From an uncultured Candidatus Saccharibacteria bacterium (GTDB lineage: Bacteria > Patescibacteriota > Minisyncoccia > Phycocordibacterales > Phycocordibacteraceae), in NCBI GenBank assembly GCA_964469405.1, contig CAYXYP010000007.1:1-44584 (forward strand): a stretch of 44,584 bases of DNA, written 5' to 3'. Both the position numbers and the translations under genes were made by a program. The notes below the pieces were generated by a model. The model saw only the letters and a list, made by a program, of their open reading frames with translations, made no database searches and was not told the origin of the DNA. Every line of letters starts with the position of its first letter. The stretch's first letter is position 1. Positions 27,350 through 35,437 of the stretch are shown piece by piece.

Positions 27350-28737
27350 GATTTCATCCTACCATGCCCATCGAGCCGCTCCCCCTGCTCCAGGTCAGGC
27401 GGTGAGGTGCTCTTTAGTTTTGCTATTTCATCCTTGAGTTCCGACATCTTCACCTCCCGATCAATCATAAATTTATTCAAGTGCTCTAGTTCTTCGGATT
27501 TTTTCTGAAGCTCCTGTACTCTTCCCAGAATTTCGTTATTTGATGCGATAAGCTCCTTCCCAATTGTGTTGAATGATTCCCCGACTTCCCCCAATTCGTC
27601 ATTACTCAAAACTATGACCTCTGTCGCCTTCCCGCTTATTAATTGCTTCGCGATATTTTCAAAGTTGCACACAGTGCGAGCCACAAGAATATAAAATCCA
27701 ATGAAGACATAAAAAATAAGTATGTAGCTAAGTATCGTAATTCCAACAATTATCTGCTTATCACTCTGGAACCGTTCAACACGGTGGTGAAGAAGATCAT
27801 GAAGAGACCAAGACAAAGAATCCCGGAGGGAGAAATTCTTATCAATAACAGCTGTTGAAACCGTGTAATACTCGAGTAATGGCATCTCTACTTTATTCGT
27901 ATTGACGAACGTATCCAGTAACGATGCAAAGTTTCTTACAGACACAGACATATCCTTCAGAGGATTGTCGAAAACTGCTACCAGAGAACTGGTCTGTCCG
28001 AATGCAACCTGAGTATCCCTTTTTATTTTTTCATCCGCAACAAGAGCTATTTTCGAGTAATTAATGATTACTCTCCTATCAGCAGCAGCAGCAATCTTTT
28101 TTGGGTCATCAATGCTAAGTACGAATTCCCGTGCTTGACTGAGATTTTCGGAAAGATCCGGAAGCGTATTCACAACGGTATTCATGAGATAATACGTGTC
28201 GAGATCCGGATCAAGAATTAAATTCGATATGTCACCGATATAACGAATTAAAATAAAGACATCTGAGATAAGCTCGGTATGCTGACGAACGCTCTCTTTT
28301 AGCGTTAATTGTGCGTAGTTTTTTTCCAAGGAAGCCCATTTTTTCTGAATGGCACTTAACGACTCTGTCGTTCGGAGCTCTTTCCCAAATTCTTGATCTT
28401 TTACGTTAATTAAAACGAGATCCTCTTTTATTTTATTTTCTTTCTCCTCAAGGAGGGGCAAAAAAGATGTATCACCCCGAAGATATACGCTCGCCATGTC
28501 ACGATGCTGTTGGAGATCTTGAAGAAGAATACCTACTGGAAACAGATAATGGACACCGCTAATTTCCTTTTCTGAAAAAGCAATGCTTCTATCAATCTGA
28601 GCAGTAAAAGAAAAAAGGGCATAACCAACGGGAATCGTGAAAAGAATTATTATCAGGGTAAATTTCTGCCAGTACCACAACCGGCTCACGAGTATGACCG
28701 CTGGAGCAAATATTCTTTCTACGACAGCTCTTATCAT
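27346..28737 (-). CDS. Membrane sensor-like protein with helical extracytoplasmic domain, HAMP and coiled coil, no kinase
   Basis: Two TMs, NFISDISNLILDPDLD-type receptor motif (YIGDISNLILDPDLDTYY), HAMP-like SNDELGEVGESFN and coiled-coil tail LNKFMIDREVKMSELK. Confidence 0.7.
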   Translation of the reverse strand: MIRAVVERIFAPAVILVSRLWYWQKFTLIIILFTIPVGYALFSFTAQIDRSIAFSEKEISGVHYLFPVGILLQDLQQHRDMASVYLRGDTSFLPLLEEKENKIKEDLVLINVKDQEFGKELRTTESLSAIQKKWASLEKNYAQLTLKESVRQHTELISDVFILIRYIGDISNLILDPDLDTYYLMNTVVNTLPDLSENLSQAREFVLSIDDPKKIAAAADRRVIINYSKIALVADEKIKRDTQVAFGQTSSLVAVFDNPLKDMSVSVRNFASLLDTFVNTNKVEMPLLEYYTVSTAVIDKNFSLRDSLSWSLHDLLHHRVERFQSDKQIIVGITILSYILIFYVFIGFYILVARTVCNFENIAKQLISGKATEVIVLSNDELGEVGESFNTIGKELIASNNEILGRVQELQKKSEELEHLNKFMIDREVKMSELKDEIAKLKSTSPPDLEQGERLDGHGRMKS

Positions 28738-28743
28738 ATATGG

Positions 28744-30240
28744 CTATCCCCCACTCGTGAGGCGTCTGGTGAACACATAGATGGGGTATGCGAGCACCAG
28801 CATGATGAGAATGATAGTGATAAGCGTGAGCCGGTTTGTGGCATTCACAATGTCGAGAATATCCTGTTGTGGTTTTGCGGCCGAGAGCATACCGACGACC
28901 TTATCGTCGCCGCTCATGAGCGGCAGATAGCTCGCAAGAAATGTCTGGCCAAAGAAGCTCGCCGATGCTGTCACATTCTGGCCGCCCTTGAGTACCGAAT
29001 TTTCCACCTCGCTGTTCCCAAGCGGGATGTTGGTCAAGCGTGTACGGCCATCCTCGGTAAACGCGGTCGCCGCGATAGACATATCGTTCTCATAGACAAA
29101 CATCTCAAGCCCCGTAACACGCTTGATGCCGTCCACAAGCGCATTATCGAGCGGATAACCGGCGATGGCCGCACCAACCACCTTACCCTTGTGCGTGACG
29201 GGCGCGCCCGCGCGAATAGAAAGCTTCTCCACGGGACTGTTCTCAACCGTAACGAACGTTGTACCATGAAGCGCTTCTTCAAGCGCGCGTTCTCCCGAGA
29301 GAGAATCTCCGCGTTTTGAAAGCGCATGTGCACGGATAAGTACGGTGCCCTGTGCGTCGGTAATGGTTACGAATCCGAGGGTATAACGCTCCATAAAACT
29401 CTCCGCTATCGTCTCTAGTGTCAGAAAATCGTTTGTGGCAATCGCGTCCCCGAGCCGAGGATCTGCCGAGAGAAGTGCGGTTTCCGCGAGCGATTCTTGC
29501 TGCAGCCCTTTGATATGCAAATCCAGTACCCGAGCATCGGTAAGAAGACTCGTTTGCGTCTGACTGGTTATCTGCGTAATGAGAATAGTTGAGAACGCGA
29601 GCGTGACAATAGTCGAGAGGAGGAGCGCTACCGAGATAAAGATAATGATTAGACTTTCTTGAATACGCAGAGCAAGAAACTGCCATACCCATGCGATAAG
29701 GAACAAGAAGCCAGCCAGCTCAAATGCATAACCCGTGAGAGAAAAGAGACTGATCTCATTACCCTTCGCAAAAATCGTAAGCACTGATGCGATACCAAGA
29801 AGTAAAAAAGCAATTGAGAACGACCTCCACGTAGGATTGAATTCCTTTTTTGATTGCAAATTTGAAGCGTATGCAATGGCGATAAGAAGAATCGCCCCGA
29901 CACCGTGAAGCAATCCTTCAAAAGCCGTAAAGGAAGGGATGATGAGAATAGCCGGCATTGCCGCGAGCCGTTGTTGTTTAAGAAAGCTGCCAAGTATGCA
30001 AACGAGCCCTATGACAAAGAGCGTAAAACCGATAAAAGAGAGCAAGTCACTCCCCGTATTAATCGCGGCAATAACTTGCCACAGTGCAACAAGTCCAAAA
30101 CCAAAAGTTCGCACCAGTATTCTCCCCTCTTTGCTCACCGAATACGTATCAAAGGTAAGCCATGCCGCCATGAAGAGCGCTACCGCTCCGAGCAACTCAA
30201 GCGCGAAGTGAAAATTATTTATAAAGAAATAAAAGGACAT
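28744..30240 (-). CDS. Multi-TM membrane protein with Cache domain and no output domain
   Basis: About 7 N-terminal hydrophobic segments, Cache-like FVTITDAQG...GKVVGA...VVGML, and a C-terminal TM; TACACT 8 nt before ATG 30240. Confidence 0.72.
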   Translation of the reverse strand: MSFYFFINNFHFALELLGAVALFMAAWLTFDTYSVSKEGRILVRTFGFGLVALWQVIAAINTGSDLLSFIGFTLFVIGLVCILGSFLKQQRLAAMPAILIIPSFTAFEGLLHGVGAILLIAIAYASNLQSKKEFNPTWRSFSIAFLLLGIASVLTIFAKGNEISLFSLTGYAFELAGFLFLIAWVWQFLALRIQESLIIIFISVALLLSTIVTLAFSTILITQITSQTQTSLLTDARVLDLHIKGLQQESLAETALLSADPRLGDAIATNDFLTLETIAESFMERYTLGFVTITDAQGTVLIRAHALSKRGDSLSGERALEEALHGTTFVTVENSPVEKLSIRAGAPVTHKGKVVGAAIAGYPLDNALVDGIKRVTGLEMFVYENDMSIAATAFTEDGRTRLTNIPLGNSEVENSVLKGGQNVTASASFFGQTFLASYLPLMSGDDKVVGMLSAAKPQQDILDIVNATNRLTLITIILIMLVLAYPIYVFTRRLTSGG

Positions 30241-30260
30241 GCTAGTTAAGTGTAGCCTAC

Positions 30261-30294
30261 TTATTGCAAGATTTTTTCTATCTTGTTCATAAGT
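30261..30294 (-). repeat. Orphan duplicate of the redoxin gene 3' end
   Basis: 33/34 identical to 30819-30852; encodes LMNKIEKILQ*. Confidence 0.9.
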
Positions 30295-30343
30295 GTGGAT
30301 TGGCACCGATGTTCCGTTAGTTACACTCTTTTTTAAAAGAACG

Positions 30344-30565
30344 CTATTTTAGATCTTCTATAGTTAGTCCTGCATCTTTCATAATGCTCGAAAGAGTGCC
30401 AGCTTTGAGTTGTTTATGGAGTGGCACGGTAACTTTTTTCGCATTCGGATTAAAGTCAGGAGGGTACAATCTGGCGTGACTCCCCTTTGTTCTTACTTCG
30501 GAATACCCTTTCCGTTCAAGAATTTTCATCAGCGCGATACCAGAAAGTACGGGCAACTTTGGCAT
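30344..30565 (-). CDS. hicA: HicA family toxin
   Basis: KILERKGY...TKGSH...VTVPLH...GTLSSIMK pattern. Confidence 0.88.
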   Translation of the reverse strand: MPKLPVLSGIALMKILERKGYSEVRTKGSHARLYPPDFNPNAKKVTVPLHKQLKAGTLSSIMKDAGLTIEDLK

Positions 30566-30568
30566 GCG

Positions 30569-30781
30569 TCAAACTGTAATCAGATGGAGGCTTACGTCAT
30601 CGTTTTCTACCGAAAAATTTTTTTGATCCTCAAGACATAGAAGCGTTGCTTCTTTGATATTCGCAAGGGCCTCTTCCACCGTCTCGCCCTGAGAGTAGCA
30701 ACCCTCAAGAGCGAAGTTGGTTACCGAGTAACCACCCTCTTTTTCCTTTTGCAGAATTATAGGATACATGCCATGTTGCAT
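30569..30781 (-). CDS. hicB: HicB family antitoxin, short form
   Basis: GGYSV...GCYSQGETVEEALANIKEA; TGcTATACT 6 nt before ATG 30781. Confidence 0.88.
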   Translation of the reverse strand: MQHGMYPIILQKEKEGGYSVTNFALEGCYSQGETVEEALANIKEATLLCLEDQKNFSVENDDVSLHLITV

Positions 30782-30818
30782 GTCGACAGTATAGCACACA
30801 GAGAAATGGGACAAGGTT

Positions 30819-31385
30819 TTACTGCAAGATTTTTTCTATCTTGTTCATAAGTACGCGCTGGCTGAGTACACCAGAATATACCTCTCGAATGACCCCAGCA
30901 CGATCCACAAAAAAGAAGGTCGGTACGCTCTTAATACTGTAATGCTCGCTTGTAATACCTTCTGCATCAAGAAGTGTCTGCACCTGATATCCTCCGCGCC
31001 TCATAAACGAGGAAACGACACTCTTTTCTTCTTGGCTATCGATGGCAACAACTTTTACCAACCGGTTTTGCGAAGTTGTATCTGCAAGATACTGGTCAAG
31101 GATATGTATTTCGTCAGCTGCCTGTGTATTCCAGGTCGACCAAAACACGATGACGAGAGGAGTGTCGGTGAAGTCACTACTCCGCACGCGGTCTCCGATG
31201 AGATTAGGCAAGTCAAAATATGGCAGCCGATTGTTCAAGAGCCCTACGCCGGAGATAGGGGCACCGGTAGCATTCTCCCCCGTAACATCGAGTACGAGTC
31301 CTGACCCGCCCAGATACACAACACCGAAAAGAGTAGCGAGCACCGCCACACCAATGAGCAGAGTTGTGAGATGAGAAGTTTTCAT
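30819..31385 (-). CDS. TlpA/ResA-like membrane-anchored redoxin lacking cysteines
   Basis: FDLPNL-x-G, VIVFWSTWNTQA, SVPTFFFVD and G-x-IRE; no Cys anywhere in the protein. Confidence 0.8.
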   Translation of the reverse strand: MKTSHLTTLLIGVAVLATLFGVVYLGGSGLVLDVTGENATGAPISGVGLLNNRLPYFDLPNLIGDRVRSSDFTDTPLVIVFWSTWNTQAADEIHILDQYLADTTSQNRLVKVVAIDSQEEKSVVSSFMRRGGYQVQTLLDAEGITSEHYSIKSVPTFFFVDRAGVIREVYSGVLSQRVLMNKIEKILQ

Positions 31386-34300
31386 AATGAGAAGATGCGG
31401 TCAATCATACGCTGTATGAACCCCCATATGCCGCTGAATTTTTCAGTCGAGAAAGATACATTCACAAAACCGGCACGTTCAAGCGTAATCTTTTGCGCCA
31501 TACTGCGGTATCCGCTCTTGCGGAGAGAAAGTTCATACATCCCTTGCGGGAGAGCAAGCGCATACTCCCCTTGTGCGTCGCTCGTGATTACGGATGACGA
31601 AGAGAATGGAATGGAATTCCCCGTTCTCTCGTCCAATACTAACACCTTGATACTGGCTCCCGAGAGAGGTTCTGTGTTTCCGTCAGGAATGGATGTCGTA
31701 ACCACACCGTATTTTATGGCGACAAAAGATCCAATGGGTGTTCGAATGAGTACATTGCGCGTCTTGTCTTCTGCACTAATGTATATCGTCGTTGTTCCTG
31801 TACTACCAGAGTCAACCGTCGCTTGCCACAAGCCAGAGACAATATCTTTTTCTAAAGGAATGGTTGTACTGCCAAGTGTTAGAGACGCACTGTTCGTATC
31901 TCCCTCGAGCGATACTTCAAACAAGGTTTTCATTCCTTTATAAAGGGAGATGGCACCCCGTGCATCTGGAACAATACGTACTTCCTGCGCCATCACGTCG
32001 AAACTGCCGATGCGCGGTGGCGAAGCATCGACCGTGACAATGCGTGAGAGCATCGGCGAGACATTGCCGGCGGCGTCTACCGCTCGCACATAGACCGTGT
32101 ACGTCCCATCCTCAATTTTTGTCGGATACTTCAGAGTAAAGGTGGCATTCTCCTGTAAGAAGCCCCCGGTCAGTAATGTCGTGGAGAATGACGTCGGCTT
32201 ATCCTGTGTTACCGCGTATTCGACATATTCGATACCCGAGAGAGAGTCTTGTGCCGTGCCTCGACCGAGCAGAACATCACCTTCCCCAAGTACCGATGCG
32301 CCAAGCGTAAAAGAAGAGAGCACCGGCGGGGTCCTGTCGACCGAGAAATTCACGGTGTCAGTGCCGGTTGCCATACCATCGTTTGCGGCAAGTCGGAGCT
32401 GATAATCATTTGCCTCAGGGAAAGCGGAGGCATCGAAAGCGAAAGAGTTTTTAGCTTGGTCTATCGGTAACAATTTATACGCCTCATGGCCACGCCGATA
32501 TCCTAGAGTGACATTTTTTATCGAATCATTGTCCGCATCAGTAATCCTCCACGATACCGTCGCTTTCCCCATGAGCCCGCGGAATGGTTTTGGCGCAAGG
32601 ATAGAAACCGTTGGCGGATTGTCATACACTACATTCACGATTGAGGCGATACTTGTATTAAGCGCTTCGTCGCGAGCTATAATCTTAAATTGATTCGTTC
32701 CTCGATGTGGTACATCAACCGCACGGAAGATGAAGCTCCCGTCTACTCTCACCTTCTCAGTGAGAGTAGTGCTCTCATTCTGCAAGATAACGACGCTCTG
32801 CGGCTCGGCAGTACCAGAGATACTTATCTGCAACCCTTCTTTTGAGGCGTTTTCATCCTTGTTATTAGACACTAAAGTGTTGTTTGCGGGAGAGTTCACT
32901 ATGGGTGCGAACGGAGCTTTCGTATCGACTATCACCGGATGACTCGTGCGGCCTGAGAGATTACGACTGTCCTTCGCTCGCCACAGTATCCCCTGCGTTC
33001 CCTCTCGAAGATCGGTGAAGGTTACCGAGAAGCGCACTTCAGGAGTGCCGCTCCCGGAGATAAGCGGGACCAATTTCCATTTATTGCCATTATCGAGGCT
33101 GTATTCAACGGTTTTGACCGTTGGTTGAGGCGAAATGGCACTCGGCGTGATAGCGCGCCCGACGATTGCTGCGGTCGATAGATTAGTTATCGTCTTTCGA
33201 CCATCTTCAAAACGGAAGAATGGGAGCGTATTGTGGATGGAAAATGGAGTGGGGTTCGAATACGTTTTTGCGAAACCATCATCTGCCATGACACGCAAGA
33301 AATATTGCCCGTCTTCCACTTCAGTGGAGTCCCACGAGAAGCTCGGAGCTGGTAGTGCATCGCCAATGATGTTCCATTCGTTCTTCGTCGACGTAGCGGC
33401 CACGGTCGCATCAAAATCTTGTGCAGGAATTATTTGGTAGGTAAACAAGAGAGGGTCAGTATTCTCGTCCCCCGCTCGCGCTGTGAGCGCGACAGTTGCG
33501 CTCACAATCGCCTTATCCGTAGGCAAAGAAATCGCAACGGTCGGCGCAATATTGTACTTAATCTGAATCGGCATTGCTTCGCTCATAAGCCCAGTCTGAT
33601 CGCGCGCCCTGACGCTCAAAACATTGAGCCCGTGATTCGTGTCCTTGCTCAGACGAATATTTGAAATAGTAAACACACCATTTTGAGTTGAGCTTGCCAC
33701 ATACGTATCGATACCGTTGACGAGAAGTACTGCCACGGTATCGGAACGCGGGAGAGTGCCAGCCACCGCAACCATGCTCGTCCCGACCACGACATTATTT
33801 TGCGGAGACACGACACTCGGCGCCGGTGGTGGATTAATGCCCACCGCAAACGTACCTCCGCTCACAATAGTCGTCCCAACATTGCCGGCAACGTCAGTAC
33901 CGGAAACGGTAACATTAGCCACGCCATCGTACCCCTTACTGATAATATAGGTTCCTTCATAATGACTGCCCTGCCCCGTCATGACGAGCGATACTGCTTT
34001 CCCGCCAGCTTGCGTAACAGTAATCGTCGGCGCCTCTTGTAGATTTTCCGAGACGTCGACGCTGATGGTGACATCTTTACCCTGTGTTGCTGGCGGATTT
34101 GCTCTTGTGATAAAGGTCGGCGCGGTAAAATCCACCGTAAAGAAATCCGAGACGGTTTCTCCGGAAGTCCCCGCCGCGTCGATAACATTCGCAATAATTC
34201 GATAGAAAACTCCAGGGATGAGGTCGGTAATGCTCCAAGAATAAGAAGCTTCTGCGGGCTGTTTCTCCGCAATAAGCGTTTTAAGGTCCGGAGCGATAGA

Positions 34301-34993
34301 CGCGCCGCCACTGTACCACTCAGCAATCTTGTCCGAGTAATAGAGCGTGACCGGGGTTTTCAGTAAGCCGTAGACATCTCTTTCACTTTGATTCCCTTGG
34401 TCATTGCGGTCGGTCGCTGTATAGCTAATAGTTCCAAGATGCGAAAAAATGGTGCCAACTTTTGGAGAGAAGATGCTGATGCTAGGGCCATACTGAGGAG
34501 TGCCGGCGGATGGAGTCTGTAATTCGTTTTCAGAACTAGCGCCGCCGCCGCTAGGCGGCGGCGGAGGCAGTTCCACCGAGAAAAAGAATTCGTTGATGAA
34601 TTCCGGCGCCTGTCGACACTCGTCTATACTCTGTTGCGACTGATAACAGGGAATATCCGGCGATGTATGCTCCATGATAACGTACCGGCTTTCGGTAAGG
34701 ACCAGGTCGCCGAAATCGTTTCGGTTCACATCCCAGTTCGCTTCGTATCCGAACTTCAAGATCATCGGCGCGTCCGAGGTGATATTGTACAGAATCGCCG
34801 CGGCACCGCCAGATGTCGTAAGTATCTCCTCGCCTTCGAAGTAACCGGACTTATTCAGCGTTATAGCCTCCGCCTCAGTAACGAAAGAAAGAAAGAAAGA
34901 AAGAAAGAAAGCGGTCGCGAAGAACAACAGGAACCGTGAGTTCCGCAAGGGAAACGCGACACGCACACTATCGGTTCTCTTGAGCGGACGCAT
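31382..34993 (-). CDS. Large secreted Ig-like repeat surface protein (start uncertain: 35008 TTG, 34993 ATG or 34966 GTG)
   Basis: Signal peptide, repeated D-x-AGN and D-x-T-x-P beta-sandwich motifs, and a C-terminal carboxypeptidase-regulatory-like segment (DAQGEYAL...G-x-Y-x-L). Confidence 0.8.
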   Translation of the reverse strand: MRPLKRTDSVRVAFPLRNSRFLLFFATAFFLSFFLSFVTEAEAITLNKSGYFEGEEILTTSGGAAAILYNITSDAPMILKFGYEANWDVNRNDFGDLVLTESRYVIMEHTSPDIPCYQSQQSIDECRQAPEFINEFFFSVELPPPPPSGGGASSENELQTPSAGTPQYGPSISIFSPKVGTIFSHLGTISYTATDRNDQGNQSERDVYGLLKTPVTLYYSDKIAEWYSGGASIAPDLKTLIAEKQPAEASYSWSITDLIPGVFYRIIANVIDAAGTSGETVSDFFTVDFTAPTFITRANPPATQGKDVTISVDVSENLQEAPTITVTQAGGKAVSLVMTGQGSHYEGTYIISKGYDGVANVTVSGTDVAGNVGTTIVSGGTFAVGINPPPAPSVVSPQNNVVVGTSMVAVAGTLPRSDTVAVLLVNGIDTYVASSTQNGVFTISNIRLSKDTNHGLNVLSVRARDQTGLMSEAMPIQIKYNIAPTVAISLPTDKAIVSATVALTARAGDENTDPLLFTYQIIPAQDFDATVAATSTKNEWNIIGDALPAPSFSWDSTEVEDGQYFLRVMADDGFAKTYSNPTPFSIHNTLPFFRFEDGRKTITNLSTAAIVGRAITPSAISPQPTVKTVEYSLDNGNKWKLVPLISGSGTPEVRFSVTFTDLREGTQGILWRAKDSRNLSGRTSHPVIVDTKAPFAPIVNSPANNTLVSNNKDENASKEGLQISISGTAEPQSVVILQNESTTLTEKVRVDGSFIFRAVDVPHRGTNQFKIIARDEALNTSIASIVNVVYDNPPTVSILAPKPFRGLMGKATVSWRITDADNDSIKNVTLGYRRGHEAYKLLPIDQAKNSFAFDASAFPEANDYQLRLAANDGMATGTDTVNFSVDRTPPVLSSFTLGASVLGEGDVLLGRGTAQDSLSGIEYVEYAVTQDKPTSFSTTLLTGGFLQENATFTLKYPTKIEDGTYTVYVRAVDAAGNVSPMLSRIVTVDASPPRIGSFDVMAQEVRIVPDARGAISLYKGMKTLFEVSLEGDTNSASLTLGSTTIPLEKDIVSGLWQATVDSGSTGTTTIYISAEDKTRNVLIRTPIGSFVAIKYGVVTTSIPDGNTEPLSGASIKVLVLDERTGNSIPFSSSSVITSDAQGEYALALPQGMYELSLRKSGYRSMAQKITLERAGFVNVSFSTEKFSGIWGFIQRMIDRIFSL
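34883..34910 (-). repeat. Simple sequence repeat (TTTC)7 in the signal-peptide coding region
   Basis: Seven perfect GAAA units on the + strand, encoding FFLSFFLSF. Confidence 0.95.
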
Positions 34994-35366
34994 TATCCGA
35001 GCCGCCAACGTTCAGCGGTGCGACTTCGACGAGCTTCTTGATAATCGGGTCATAGAGGTATGCCTTGCGTGCCGTCGAGTAGAGAAGCACTTTGTCTCCT
35101 GCTTTCGCATTGGCAAAAAACGGCTGGTCTTTCAAACGCCCGGGATCGGACACGGTTGCGACGGTCGGTGTCTCTCCTTCGGGAAGGACAATCAGGGCGC
35201 TGATTTCCGCGACAAGAGACTCAACTTCATTCGCGGTAATGGATTGCTGGTCAGTCTTTAGTTTTTGCGCTTCAGAATAAAAATAATAAGCCGTGCCACC
35301 CACCCCGAGCATTATAACAACGAGAATGCCGATAAGGATTTCTTGAATGTACCTTTTCATCTGCAT
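34968..35366 (-). CDS. Conserved hypothetical membrane-anchored protein
   Basis: TM followed by LPEGETPTVATV, QPFFANAKAGDKVL and AYLYDP (family recalled from CPR genomes); TGgTACACT 7 nt before the ATG. Confidence 0.75.
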   Translation of the reverse strand: MQMKRYIQEILIGILVVIMLGVGGTAYYFYSEAQKLKTDQQSITANEVESLVAEISALIVLPEGETPTVATVSDPGRLKDQPFFANAKAGDKVLLYSTARKAYLYDPIIKKLVEVAPLNVGGSDNASAQENR

Positions 35367-35369
35367 GTG

Positions 35370-35388
35370 TATCAGTGTACCACTGATA
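35370..35388. promoter_or_regulatory. Palindrome overlapping a -10 element
   Basis: tatcagtg-tac-cactgata covers the minus-strand TACACT (35374-35379). Confidence 0.4.
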
Positions 35389-35437
35389 TCTAAAGCTCGC
35401 GCCATACGCTTTCCACAGCCGTGGTATTATTGCCTGA

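Larger units (their letters stand above)
30261..30852 (-). mobile_element. hicBA cassette bounded by 34-bp gene-tail direct repeats
   Basis: Repeats at 30261-30294 and 30819-30852 (period 558 bp) enclose only a promoter, hicB and hicA. Confidence 0.6.
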
